A stretch of 64,000 nucleotides of DNA from an uncultured candidate division Zixibacteria bacterium (GCA_963817915.1 CAWFQL010000016.1:224001-288000), one strand, 5' to 3'; numbered from the stretch's first letter, positions 1-9,415 are shown. The notes: generated by a model not told the origin, from the sequence alone. Made by a program: numbers and translations.

Positions 1-4
1 CAGG

Positions 5-433
5 GTGATGGTGTGGGATACTGCCCAGCATATATCATTGGATGTTTCCAACGCCGTATTTTCAATCACGCCGGTCGATCACCGGCCACCGCTTGTCAAT
101 ATTTCCTCGCCTAATGGAGGTGAAAGCTTCTTTGTTGGCGGCAATCATTCGATCAATTGGACAGCTACCGACTCGGTTGGTGTTGATTCGATTTCGATAC
201 AATATTCGATCGATAATGGCGCAAGCTGGACTATAATTCAGCCATTCACCCATAGCAATCCTGGAAGCTATAGCTGGAATGTGCCTGAGACTCCGTCTCG
301 TGTCGCATTGATCAGAATTAGCGCAAAGGATCCTTCGGGTAATATTGGAACCGATAATTCTAATTCAACATTTTATATCCGCAAATCGCGAGAGGATATA
401 AAAGAGATGAAGACTATTCATCCTGCGCGATAG
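5..433 (+). CDS. C-terminal part of a secreted Ig-like repeat protein (SPNGGE-type), truncated by the window edge
   Basis: Motifs 'ISSPNGGESF...INWTATD..GV..I.IQYS.DNG.SW' and 'YSWNVP.TPS..ALIRI.A.D' are typical of Ig-like domains in FCB secreted proteins. No proper start is visible. Confidence 0.7.
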   Translation: MMVWDTAQHISLDVSNAVFSITPVDHRPPLVNISSPNGGESFFVGGNHSINWTATDSVGVDSISIQYSIDNGASWTIIQPFTHSNPGSYSWNVPETPSRVALIRISAKDPSGNIGTDNSNSTFYIRKSREDIKEMKTIHPAR

Positions 434-652
434 ACGCTCAATTATTTATCTTTTAATAGAACCATAATTCCCTAAATAAATTTCGTTGAACTATTATAAA
501 TTTGTATCTTCTTTTGTGATTTCATTGTATAAATACTCAAGAAGATAGATATGCAAGGACATCCATCAAATATTCCAAAAACCGGGAGGCACCCGGCACA
601 TATACCCAAGGGGCCTGTAAGACCTCTATCCACCAAAAAAGAGGTTATTACC

Positions 653-1315
653 ATGATACCTTTTTTTGAGAGCCTCGGTCCGGCAGAAATAGCGAATATA
701 GAGCCCCATTTTCACGAATATAAATTCGACCGAAACCAATATCTATTTCAGGAAGGCGACGCGGCTTCACTCCTTTATGTCATCAAGTCCGGCAGGGTCC
801 GTTTGCTGAAGGCAGCGGCGTCGGGCAAGGAAATGGTATTCGAAGTTATGGTGCCGGGTCAGATTTGCGGCGGAGATACTTTATTCAATGACCTGCACAG
901 AAATGGGGCACAGGCGGTTGATTCTACTGTCACATATGGGTTATCCAGGGGCGACTACGATGAGCTATTATCGAAATATCCTAAAATCGCAATGGGCATC
1001 ATCAAATTTTTGGGCGGAAAATTAATGGACGCGCACGATGTCATTATATCTTTGGTGTCATCGAAAGTGGAGAATAGAATCGCCTCGGTAATTGTCCGTC
1101 TGGCCGAGAATCACGGGACTCATACCGATAAGGGAATAATGATTAATATCCGCCTGACGCGGAGTGAAATTGCCGATATTGTCGGCGCTACTGTTGAAAC
1201 TACCATTCGCAGTATAAGCCGTTTCCAGAAAAAGGGGCTTATTTCTACTGTCGCTGGCAGATTGCTTGTCAAAGACATCGCCGCTTTCAGGGAAATGATG
1301 CAGTCCAAGAAGTAA
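653..1315 (+). CDS. Crp/Fnr family transcriptional regulator (Dnr/HcpR-like, no Fe-S Cys cluster)
   Basis: cNMP-binding fold 'LFQEGDAASLLYVIKSGRVRL' and C-terminal HTH 'LTRSEIADIVGATVETTIR'. ATG 653 follows GAGG, so it is preferred over 551. Confidence 0.9.
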   Translation: MIPFFESLGPAEIANIEPHFHEYKFDRNQYLFQEGDAASLLYVIKSGRVRLLKAAASGKEMVFEVMVPGQICGGDTLFNDLHRNGAQAVDSTVTYGLSRGDYDELLSKYPKIAMGIIKFLGGKLMDAHDVIISLVSSKVENRIASVIVRLAENHGTHTDKGIMINIRLTRSEIADIVGATVETTIRSISRFQKKGLISTVAGRLLVKDIAAFREMMQSKK

Positions 1316-1362
1316 TTCCAATCCATATAGTAGTCAATTATTGGCATTTAAAATCATTATAT

Positions 1363-1392
1363 TTGACAATTATCCAATAGCACATTTATATA
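1363..1392 (+). promoter_or_regulatory. Putative sigma70 promoter for the Fe-S oxidoreductase
   Basis: Perfect TTGACA at 1363 and TATATA 18 bp downstream. Confidence 0.4.
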
Positions 1393-1490
1393 GTATCGGT
1401 GTGTGATTTTGATGTCCGAAAAGGCTCAATTTTTTTTTATATTAGTCGATGATTCATTGGTAGATCAGTTTGTGAGATGAAGGAGCAATA

Positions 1491-3485
1491 ATGAATGGTC
1501 CCCTGGACATAACGCCAGTCGGTCTTGAAAAGATAGTATTTATAATAGCGTTTATCGCGGGTCTGGCAGTATTCGCATATATAATACAATTTTATATTCG
1601 TCTGCTCAAGTCGATGAAACCCGAAAATCGTTTCGATCAGATCGGCAAACGGTTCAAACGATTATTAGTTTTCGTATTCGGCCAGCGAAGATTGTTAGAT
1701 CAATTGGCTATGGGATCGGCCCATTTTATGATATTCTGGGGATTTATTATTGTATCATTGGCGACAATTAAATTCTTCGGCAAGGGTTTTTCGTCCGGTT
1801 TTGAATTGCCATTGTTGGGGACATTATTGCGCCAACCTTTTTTATTCCTGGTTGATCTTTTTAGCATACTAGTCTTACTTGGAATTCTAATAGCGGTCTT
1901 TAAACGATATGTCATGCGTTCGGCCAGAATGCCGCGAGGCATGGAAGCGGCGACTATTCTGCTTTTGATCGCCGGTCTGATGATTTTCGATCTGCTATCG
2001 GATGGCTGTAATATGGCGGCGCAAGGAACATTTGAGCCGGCGTCATTTGTAGGGACTTATCTGGCAGGCGTATTTGCCGGATCGGGCATACCTTCTCTAA
2101 CATTGAATATCTACGCTCATATATTCTGGTGGCTACATTTTGTATTTTTCATGATCATGATCAATTATGTTCCGATATCGAAACACATGCATGTTTTTTC
2201 ATCATTGCCGAATGTCTTCTTTTCGAGTCTCAAGTCGAATGGCAGACTGACCAAACCAAATCTCGAAGAGTCCGAGGATTTCGGTGTTACGAAAGTTGAA
2301 CAATATAGTTGGAAACAGCTTCTAGATGGTTATTCTTGCACCGAATGCGGCCGTTGCCAGGACCAATGCCCGGCATTCAATACTCAAAAGCCTTTATCTC
2401 CCAAAAAGGTCGTCATGCAGCTTCGAGAACATGCCGAAAAGAAGGGGCCGCTTTTATTCGCAGGCAAAGGCGATGAATTCAAAGAAAGATTCATCGAGGA
2501 TGTGATTACGGAAGAAGCCATCTGGGATTGCACGACCTGCTATGCCTGCATGAGAGCCTGCCCGCTTATTATCGAACATATCCCATTGCTGATGGAATTG
2601 CGCCGTTCGCTGGTGCTCAACGAAGGCCGAATCGGCTCCGAGGGAGCGTTGGCTCTGAAGAATATCGAAAAATCCGGCGATCCCTGGGGAATGGGACAAA
2701 AGGCCCGCTCCGATTGGTATAAGGGGCTCGACGTAAAACATATCAATGACAAGCCCGATGCCGAATATCTTTTCTGGGTTGGGTGCGCCGGTGCGCTCGA
2801 TGCCCGCAATGTCAAAGTCAGCCAGGCTACTGTTCGTCTGATGAACAAGGCTGGCGTATCATTCGCGATACTTGGCGAGGATGAAATCTGCAATGGCGAC
2901 CCGGCCCGCAGGCTGGGTGAGGAATATCTCTTTCAGACTCAAGCGCAGGCCGTGGTTGAATTGATAAATTCCACCGGAGTCAAAAAGATATTCTCGAATT
3001 GCCCGCATTGCTTTAATACATTGAAAAATGAATATCCCGATTTCGGCGGCAGCTGGCAGGTTTATCATACCCATGAATTGCTTGCTCATTTAATCGCCGA
3101 TGGCAAGCTCAAGCTCTCCGGCAATCCGCTTGGCGAGATAACATTCCATGACTCCTGCTATCTTGGACGGCACAACCATCTCTATGAGCCTGCGCGCAAG
3201 ATTATCGATGCGATTCCCGGCGCCAAACGGATCGAGATGGATCGTTCCAAAGAATGGTCATTCTGCTGTGGCGCGGGCGGGGGACGGATGTTCCTCGAAG
3301 AGACCCGCGGCACACGTATCAACGAAGACCGCACTAAGGAAGCATTGGCAACCGGCGCGAAGACTATCGGGACCGCCTGCCCATTCTGCATGACTATGCT
3401 TACCGACGGCCTCAAGACATTCGATAAAATCGATACCCATCAGGTAAAAGAGCTGACAGAACTGATCGCCGAACGGGCAGTCTAG
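1491..3485 (+). CDS. Membrane-bound Fe-S oxidoreductase (NarI-like TM domain + 2x[4Fe-4S] + two CCG domains; FadF/HdrF-like)
   Basis: N-terminal TM helices with His residues, 'CTECGRCQDQCP' and 'CTTCYACMRACP', CCG motifs 'FHDSCYLGR', 'CCGAGGG' and 'ACPFC'. AAGGAG RBS. Confidence 0.9.
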   Translation: MNGPLDITPVGLEKIVFIIAFIAGLAVFAYIIQFYIRLLKSMKPENRFDQIGKRFKRLLVFVFGQRRLLDQLAMGSAHFMIFWGFIIVSLATIKFFGKGFSSGFELPLLGTLLRQPFLFLVDLFSILVLLGILIAVFKRYVMRSARMPRGMEAATILLLIAGLMIFDLLSDGCNMAAQGTFEPASFVGTYLAGVFAGSGIPSLTLNIYAHIFWWLHFVFFMIMINYVPISKHMHVFSSLPNVFFSSLKSNGRLTKPNLEESEDFGVTKVEQYSWKQLLDGYSCTECGRCQDQCPAFNTQKPLSPKKVVMQLREHAEKKGPLLFAGKGDEFKERFIEDVITEEAIWDCTTCYACMRACPLIIEHIPLLMELRRSLVLNEGRIGSEGALALKNIEKSGDPWGMGQKARSDWYKGLDVKHINDKPDAEYLFWVGCAGALDARNVKVSQATVRLMNKAGVSFAILGEDEICNGDPARRLGEEYLFQTQAQAVVELINSTGVKKIFSNCPHCFNTLKNEYPDFGGSWQVYHTHELLAHLIADGKLKLSGNPLGEITFHDSCYLGRHNHLYEPARKIIDAIPGAKRIEMDRSKEWSFCCGAGGGRMFLEETRGTRINEDRTKEALATGAKTIGTACPFCMTMLTDGLKTFDKIDTHQVKELTELIAERAV

Positions 3486-3512
3486 CGAGTTATATTTATC
3501 TAGATTTCCCCT

Positions 3513-3623
3513 ATGAAAAAGCCTCGCCGACGGATACCATTGCCCAAGAAGACGGAGAAGGTCATTCCCGATAAAACCCTCTATACCCGCAGGCCAAAAC
3601 ATAAGAAGAAGAACGCGGTGTAG
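3513..3623 (+). CDS. 36-aa basic micro-protein with an ArfA-like K..Y.R..KH motif
   Basis: Read directly: MKKPRRRIPLPKKTEKVIPDKTLYTRRPKHKKKNAV*. It is below the ORF-track cutoff and has no clear SD. Confidence 0.5.
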   Translation: MKKPRRRIPLPKKTEKVIPDKTLYTRRPKHKKKNAV

Positions 3624-3643
3624 ATATACTCCCGGCAGGGCTT

Positions 3644-3703
3644 GGGATCCCTTCCTGACCCTTCCATGCTATGATGCTGTAAGGAAAGGATTCCTGACAG
3701 CGC
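3644..3703. repeat. REP-like inverted pair (GGATCCCTTCCTGAC ... GTAAGGAAAGGATTCCTGAC)
   Basis: Imperfect inverted repeat with a close relative at 56307-56373. Confidence 0.65.
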
Positions 3704-3771
3704 GATGAAATTGATCTTGCTGATTTAATTAAAAATATATTCCCAAAATTCACTTTTCCGCATTAATTACT

Positions 3772-3834
3772 GTAGGGGCCGACCTATGTGTCGGCCCGGG
3801 CAAGGCGGGCGTCCGCCGCGGCGGACGCCCCTAC
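3772..3834. repeat. GTAG-type REP doublet (REPIN-like) upstream of RAYT
   Basis: GTAG-GGGCCGAC-ctatgt-GTCGGCCC ... GGGCGTCCGCC-gc-GGCGGACGCCC-CTAC: two hairpins bounded by GTAG and CTAC. Confidence 0.85.
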
Positions 3835-3853
3835 CAGGAGAGAATGAATAATA

Positions 3854-4393
3854 TTGCCGCAAGACCCTTCAAAATATTTGCCTAAACGCAAACAAACTCG
3901 TTTGAGGGAATATGATTATTCGAATCCAGTCGCATATTTCATTACGATTTGCTCGCAAGGTAGGAAATGCATTTTCGGCGAAATTGCGGGCGAGAAGATG
4001 AACCTAAATCATTTGGGACAGTTGATTCAAGAATGGTGGCTTGAATTGTCCCGCAAATTCCCGGAGATTAAGACGGACGAATGCGTCATTATGCCCAACC
4101 ATTTTCATGGCATCATAATTATTGTAGGGGCCGACCTATGTGTCGGCCCGATCATGACGGGCGCACGCGCAGGTGCGCCCCTACAGAAAATTGTTCAATG
4201 GTTCAAAACAATGACGACAAACAGTATTTTCCGCGAAATGAAGAAGGAAAAAAAGCAAATTAAATTGTGGCAACGCTGCTATTATGAGCATGTAATCCGC
4301 AATGAAAACGAGCTAAATGCCATCAGAGAATATATCATCAATAATCCATTAAAATGGGCGCTCGATGCCGATAATCCCGCAAATTTAATCTAA
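3854..4393 (+). mobile_element. REP-associated tyrosine transposase (RAYT; IS200/IS605 Y1 HUH family)
   Basis: 'RLREYDYS..AYFITIC', HUH motif 'IMPNHFHGII', 'LWQRCYYEHVIRNE.EL.AIREYI.NNP.KW', plus flanking GTAG palindromes. Confidence 0.9.
4124..4184. repeat. GTAG REP doublet inside the RAYT coding sequence
   Basis: GTAGGGGCCGACCTATGTGTCGGCCCG is identical to the copy at 3772. The partner arm is GGGCGCACGCGCAGGTGCGCCCCTAC. Translated in frame as VGADLCVGP...GARAGAPL. Confidence 0.85.
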
Positions 4394-4551
4394 CTTGTCG
4401 GCTGTTGTAATTTAAACTATAATCAATTCAAATAATTCGTTTTTTCCATTTCTCCCATCCGGCGGAAACTATATATATTAACCGCATGTTGTGTTTGTTG
4501 GGGTAGGGGTGGGATATTATTATTTTGAATAATCTACAAAAGGAGAATACA

Positions 4552-5091
4552 ATGGGCCCGATAGAAAAACTCGTGGCTGAGCATGAGATTATTTTGCGCG
4601 GGATCGATCTTCTGGAAAAAGGCGCCGACCGTTTGCAGGACGGCGAGACTGTCGCTCCCGAATATTTCAGCAAGCTTGTCGATTTTATCCGCAATTATGC
4701 CGACAAATATCATCACGCCAAAGAAGAGGATATACTTTTTCTCGAAATGAATAAGGTCGGATTTTCATCCGAGGGCGGGCCGATTGCTGTCATGCTTTAC
4801 GACCATACACAGGGCAGAGATTTTGTCGCCAGAATGGAAAAGGCAAATGATCGTTATGCCAGCGGTGATAAAAATGCCATACCGATTATCATTACCAATG
4901 CCCGTAATTACGCGACTTTATTGAAGATGCATATCCAGAAGGAGAATGTCGTCCTGTATCCGATGGCTGAAAATGCTATGGGTGTGGCGGGAATCGCAAA
5001 AATGCAACCGGCATTCGATAAGGTCGAACAGGAAAAGGCCACCACCGAAAAGAAATATTTGGCAATTTTGAATGAATTGGAATCGATGTAG
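4552..5091 (+). CDS. Hemerythrin-like (HHE) domain protein
   Basis: 'EHEII', 'HHAKEEDILF', 'MLYDHTQGR', 'HIQKENVVLYP'. ATG 4552 follows AGGAG. Confidence 0.9.
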   Translation: MGPIEKLVAEHEIILRGIDLLEKGADRLQDGETVAPEYFSKLVDFIRNYADKYHHAKEEDILFLEMNKVGFSSEGGPIAVMLYDHTQGRDFVARMEKANDRYASGDKNAIPIIITNARNYATLLKMHIQKENVVLYPMAENAMGVAGIAKMQPAFDKVEQEKATTEKKYLAILNELESM

Positions 5092-5155
5092 GATTCAGCT
5101 TGAGATTGACATTAATTCAGTAAAGCATTATTTATATTACAAGTTCAGCCGGTTC

Positions 5156-5273
5156 GTAGACTCGACATGAAATGTCGGGGCGTGAACTTGCTGTGAGGAA
5201 GTACAAATGGCGCCAGGTCACGTCCGCGGTAGCGGATTGCAAATCCGGCTTTTGACGGACTACGACCCGGCGC
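5156..5273. repeat. Cluster of palindromes, including a nested hairpin
   Basis: GTAGACTCGACAT-gaa-ATGTCGGG; outer stem GCGCCAGGTC/GACCCGGCGC; inner CGGAT-tgcaa-ATCCG. Confidence 0.6.
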
Positions 5274-5282
5274 AACCGAGAA

Positions 5283-5774
5283 ATGATGGATATCAAAGAC
5301 ACAATAATACTGGATTTTGCCAAGCTTTGGCTGGCGCATGACGGCCTCTGGTTTCAGGCAGTCGAAAATGAATATGGTCTCGAGGCCGCTATCATGCTCG
5401 ATGCCATCGCCTGGAGCAAGTTTTCGCCGTTGGAAGCACAGCGGATTCTCGAACGGCTTGGCAAAAAGCCGGGCGGCGGACTTGATCTGCTGGCGGAAGC
5501 GCTAGACCAAAGGCTCTATGCCCATTTGAATAAGCAGCGGGTGGTCGAACAAACCGATGGTAAATTGATTTTCGAAATGAATAGCTGTCGAGTTCAGGAT
5601 GCTCGCCATCGCAAGCAATTGGCGCCATTCCCGTGCAAGGAAGTCGGAATAGTGGAATATTCGACATTCGCCAAGGCGATTGATCCGAGAATCGAAACTC
5701 GCTGCCTGCATTGCCCGCCGGATGAGTACAATGGCGAATACTGGTGCCGGTGGGAATTTTCGATTTCCAAGTAG
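5283..5774 (+). CDS. DUF6125 family protein
   Basis: 'WLAHDGLWFQAVE..YG', 'CRVQ.AR.RK.L..FPCK.VG..EY', 'CLHCPPD....YWCRWEF'. Confidence 0.75.
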   Translation: MMDIKDTIILDFAKLWLAHDGLWFQAVENEYGLEAAIMLDAIAWSKFSPLEAQRILERLGKKPGGGLDLLAEALDQRLYAHLNKQRVVEQTDGKLIFEMNSCRVQDARHRKQLAPFPCKEVGIVEYSTFAKAIDPRIETRCLHCPPDEYNGEYWCRWEFSISK

Positions 5775-6004
5775 GAATTTCATCCATAAAATATCATATT
5801 ACTATCCTATTATTTTAATGTTAAATCTTTCTTGACAAGCCAATATATTAAGTTTTACTTGCCGAAAAATACGCAGAGTTCGGAGATATTTTCTCGAACA
5901 TATTAGCGAATTTTTCTTTGGCAAGTTAAGAAGTGGCATCAAGAGACCGATTCTAAGAAAAATGGATATAAGTCGTATTATTCAAAAGATATGGAGGAAC
6001 AGGG

Positions 6005-6187
6005 TTGGCTTACAAAATTACTGAGGAATGCATCATGTGCGATGCCTGTCTGCCCGAATGCCCTCAAGAGGCAATAACGTTAGGCAATCCCAAATACAAG
6101 GTCAATGTCGAGCTCTGCGATGACTGCGGAAGTTGCGCCGAGGTTTGCCCTATCGAAGCTTGTCTCCCTATAGATGATGACGATTAA
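6005..6187 (+). CDS. 2x[4Fe-4S] ferredoxin
   Basis: Two CxxCxxCxxxCP motifs. TTG start after GGAGG. Confidence 0.92.
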   Translation: MAYKITEECIMCDACLPECPQEAITLGNPKYKVNVELCDDCGSCAEVCPIEACLPIDDDD

Positions 6188-6341
6188 CGCCTGAAACTGG
6201 CATCTCAGCATATAGAAAATAATACCGGAGGACACTTGAGTTCTTCGGTATTTATTTATAATATACACTGATGATAGAAATTAATAATGTTCGTAATCTG
6301 ATTGTTGATATTTGGGCCGCGAAATCGAGCGATAAAGTAAA

Positions 6342-8216
6342 ATGATTGTTGCCGGTTTTTCTTCTATCCTTAAATCATACCAGGGAAAAGTGATTCTCAG
6401 GGGCGCGTCAGGCGCGGTGAAAGAGGGCGAACGAATCGCGCTTTTGGGAGTCAATGGCAGTGGCAAGACAACCCTGCTCGATATCCTGGCAGGCCTTATA
6501 GATTGTGATTCGGGTAGTGTCGATATCCCCAACGCGGTTAGAAAAGGCTATCTCCCGCAGACTATCGAAATCACAAGCGGCGGGCCATTGTTCAATTATG
6601 TCCTCGAAGGATTGGGGGATTTAATTTCAATGCATAGTAGGCTGGACGAGTTGCACAACCTTCTCGAAGTACGGCATGATGAACCGTTATTGCTGAAAGA
6701 GCTTGGGAATCTTCAGGATAAATTCGATAAGGCGGGCGGGTATGACATGGAAACCAAGGCGCATGAGGTGCTGAATGGCCTTGGATTCGATCCGGAAGAC
6801 CATCAGATGGATATCCGTACGCTATCTGGGGGCCAGCGCAACAGGGCCGCGTTGGCAAGAACTCTGATAGGCAAACCGGACTTATTGCTTTTGGATGAGC
6901 CGACCAACCACCTCGATATATCCGGATTAGAATTTTTGGAAAATCATTTAAATTCGTTTCGCGGCGGAGTCATTTTTGTCTCACACGATAGAGCGTTTAT
7001 TCATAAAGCCGCCACCACGATTTGGGAAATGGTCGCCGGTAGAATAATTTCTTATCCTGGCACTTACGAAAATTATCTGACAGAACGAGAAAAACGTCTG
7101 GAATCGATGCATAAAGCATTCGAGTCTCAAAAAGAATTCATAGAAAAAACCGAAGATTTCATCCGGCGGAATATCGCCGGCCAGAAAACCAAACAAGCCC
7201 AATCGCGCCGTCAGATGCTGAAAAAAATCGAACGACTCGAAAGACCCGGCGGCACAGATGAGATCAATGGTATCCGTTTCGCTGGCGCCGAGCGAAGCGC
7301 GCGGATTGTCATCAAATGCAAGCAAACGGATTTCTCCTATGATGGAACTCCATTTCTAAAAAATCTCGATTTCGAAATCGAGCGCGGTGACAGAATCGGA
7401 TTAGTCGGCCCCAATGGAAGCGGCAAGACGACAATTATCAGACTTATCATGGGGCAATTGGAACCGACCATTGGGCAAGTATATCTTGGGAAAAAACTGA
7501 CCACGGGATATTACGATCAGTTGGCCGAAAATCTAAAACAGGATTCAACCCCCCTCGCCACAATTTACGATATCAAGCGCGAATGGAACGAAGGGCAGGT
7601 TCGAGGATATCTTGCGAAATTTCTCTTCAGAGGCGATGACGTATTTCGTCGAATAGATTCATTCTCAGGCGGCGAACAATCCCGTCTGGCGCTGGCAAAA
7701 TTGATAGTCGGTGAGCCAAATTTTCTGGTACTCGATGAGCCGACCAATCATCTCGATATCCAGTCGCGTGAGGCATTGGAAGAAGCCTTATCGACATACA
7801 GCGGTACCGTGCTCTGCGTATCGCATGATAGATATTTCCTCGATGTTTTCGCCGACAAAATATTTGCATTGGAAAATGACGAGGTGAAAATATATCTCGG
7901 CAACTACTCGGAATACCGGGAAAAATATCTCCAGTTAAACCAGCAGCCAGCACCCACTGTTCGGAGGATCAAATCAACCCCACTGCCTCCTCCTCGAAAA
8001 AAAGATAAGCGAACTAACCCACAGGTAATCGAAAAACTCGAAAGCGATATTTCGCGTATCGAAATCAATCTCAATGAAATAGAAAATACTCTGGCCAATA
8101 CCGAAAATTCATCCGACTGGCAGAAGCTTTCCAGCCTCCTCAACGAGCGAGACAGGCTTTATGCCGAGTTGGAAGAGCTTTATCAAAAGCGGCAGGATAT
8201 CGATTTGCCTCAATAA
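6342..8216 (+). CDS. ABC-F family ribosome-associated ATPase with C-terminal coiled coil
   Basis: Two NBDs (GVNGSGKT, LSGGQ, LDEPTNHLD; GPNGSGKT, FSGGE), linker 'KTKQAQSR', no TM segments. Confidence 0.92.
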   Translation: MIVAGFSSILKSYQGKVILRGASGAVKEGERIALLGVNGSGKTTLLDILAGLIDCDSGSVDIPNAVRKGYLPQTIEITSGGPLFNYVLEGLGDLISMHSRLDELHNLLEVRHDEPLLLKELGNLQDKFDKAGGYDMETKAHEVLNGLGFDPEDHQMDIRTLSGGQRNRAALARTLIGKPDLLLLDEPTNHLDISGLEFLENHLNSFRGGVIFVSHDRAFIHKAATTIWEMVAGRIISYPGTYENYLTEREKRLESMHKAFESQKEFIEKTEDFIRRNIAGQKTKQAQSRRQMLKKIERLERPGGTDEINGIRFAGAERSARIVIKCKQTDFSYDGTPFLKNLDFEIERGDRIGLVGPNGSGKTTIIRLIMGQLEPTIGQVYLGKKLTTGYYDQLAENLKQDSTPLATIYDIKREWNEGQVRGYLAKFLFRGDDVFRRIDSFSGGEQSRLALAKLIVGEPNFLVLDEPTNHLDIQSREALEEALSTYSGTVLCVSHDRYFLDVFADKIFALENDEVKIYLGNYSEYREKYLQLNQQPAPTVRRIKSTPLPPPRKKDKRTNPQVIEKLESDISRIEINLNEIENTLANTENSSDWQKLSSLLNERDRLYAELEELYQKRQDIDLPQ

Positions 8217-8311
8217 AATTAAGCAAATTCAATATCTATAGTTTATTTTCAGGCCCGAATTTATTATATAGTCCTTGTTGACAACATGTCTTTCGGAGAA
8301 ATGGAGATATT

Positions 8312-9415
8312 ATGCTTGACCCTCGAATTGAAAAATATGCAGACGTCCTTTTGAATTACTGCATAAAATTGAAAAAAGGAGAAATAGCGATTTTGGCCGC
8401 TACTCCTCTGGCGACTGATTTGGTGAAGGAGCTATTCAGGCAATCGCTTCTAATAGGAGCGTATCCTACCACGAGGATAGTCCTGGAAGGTATCGACGAA
8501 ATATTCTTTAAGAATGCCTCAAAAGAGCAATTGGAATTTGTGTCGCCTATAAGAAAATTCGAAATAGAAAAAGTTGATGCTTTGGTTTCTATTATGTCGA
8601 GCTACAATACGAAAGCCCTTTCAAATATCGATCCCAAAAAACAAGCCCTGAACCAAAAATCAAATTCCGGTATTATGAGAAGACTGATGGAGAGAACCGC
8701 CAAGGAAGAATGCACCTGGGTTGGATGTCTTTATCCAACATTCGCGTCGGCACAGGATGCCGGGATGTCACTTGTCGATTACGAGAATTTTGTTTTCGGC
8801 GCCTGCATGCTTGATAAAAAAGACCCGGTCGCGGAATGGCGTAAGGTCTCTAAATATAATTCCAGCTTGATAAAATATCTTTCCCGCAAAAAGAGTATCC
8901 GAGTTGTCGCACCCGATACTGATCTGACTTACAAGGTAACCGGCCGCAAATGGTTGAATTGCGATGGCTCTAATAATTTCCCGGATGGAGAGGTATTTAC
9001 GGGACCATTAGAGGATTCCGCCAACGGTCATATAAGATTCTCGTTCCCTGCAATCTACGCCGGGAGAGAAGTCGAAGATGTGCGGATCGAATTTAAGGAT
9101 GGAAAAGCGATAAAGGCCACTGCGGTCAAGGGCGAGAAATTTCTCAATACTATGCTCGACATGGATAAGGGAGCGCGGTATCTGGGCGAAGTTGCTATCG
9201 GTACCAATCATGGTATCCAGAAATTCACCAGGAATATACTTTTCGATGAAAAAATCGGCGGCACAGTCCATATGGCATTGGGACAATCATACCCCGAAAG
9301 CGGCGGCAAAAATAAATCAGGGCTTCATTGGGACTTGTTATGCGATTTACGCAAATCCGGCGAGTTATATGCCGATGGCGAACTGTTTTTCAAAAATGGA
9401 AAATTTCTGAAATAA
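8312..9415 (+). CDS. M29 aminopeptidase (AmpS/AmpT-like)
   Basis: 'NFPDGEVFTGP', 'GEVAIG', 'ILFDEKIGGTVHMALG.SYP', 'NKSGLHWD'. Confidence 0.92.
   Translation: MLDPRIEKYADVLLNYCIKLKKGEIAILAATPLATDLVKELFRQSLLIGAYPTTRIVLEGIDEIFFKNASKEQLEFVSPIRKFEIEKVDALVSIMSSYNTKALSNIDPKKQALNQKSNSGIMRRLMERTAKEECTWVGCLYPTFASAQDAGMSLVDYENFVFGACMLDKKDPVAEWRKVSKYNSSLIKYLSRKKSIRVVAPDTDLTYKVTGRKWLNCDGSNNFPDGEVFTGPLEDSANGHIRFSFPAIYAGREVEDVRIEFKDGKAIKATAVKGEKFLNTMLDMDKGARYLGEVAIGTNHGIQKFTRNILFDEKIGGTVHMALGQSYPESGGKNKSGLHWDLLCDLRKSGELYADGELFFKNGKFLK

Noticed and set aside
551..652. Longer start for the Crp/Fnr gene
   Set aside because: Low-complexity extension; the RBS supports ATG 653.
510..1420. Crp/Fnr binding sites at TGTGAT (~515, ~1403)
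   Set aside because: Only half-sites, with no matching TCACA/ATCAA arm at the correct spacing.
5209..5280. tRNA-Cys gene
   Set aside because: Only an anticodon-like arm is present; there is no GTTCRA T-loop, D-loop or proper acceptor stem.
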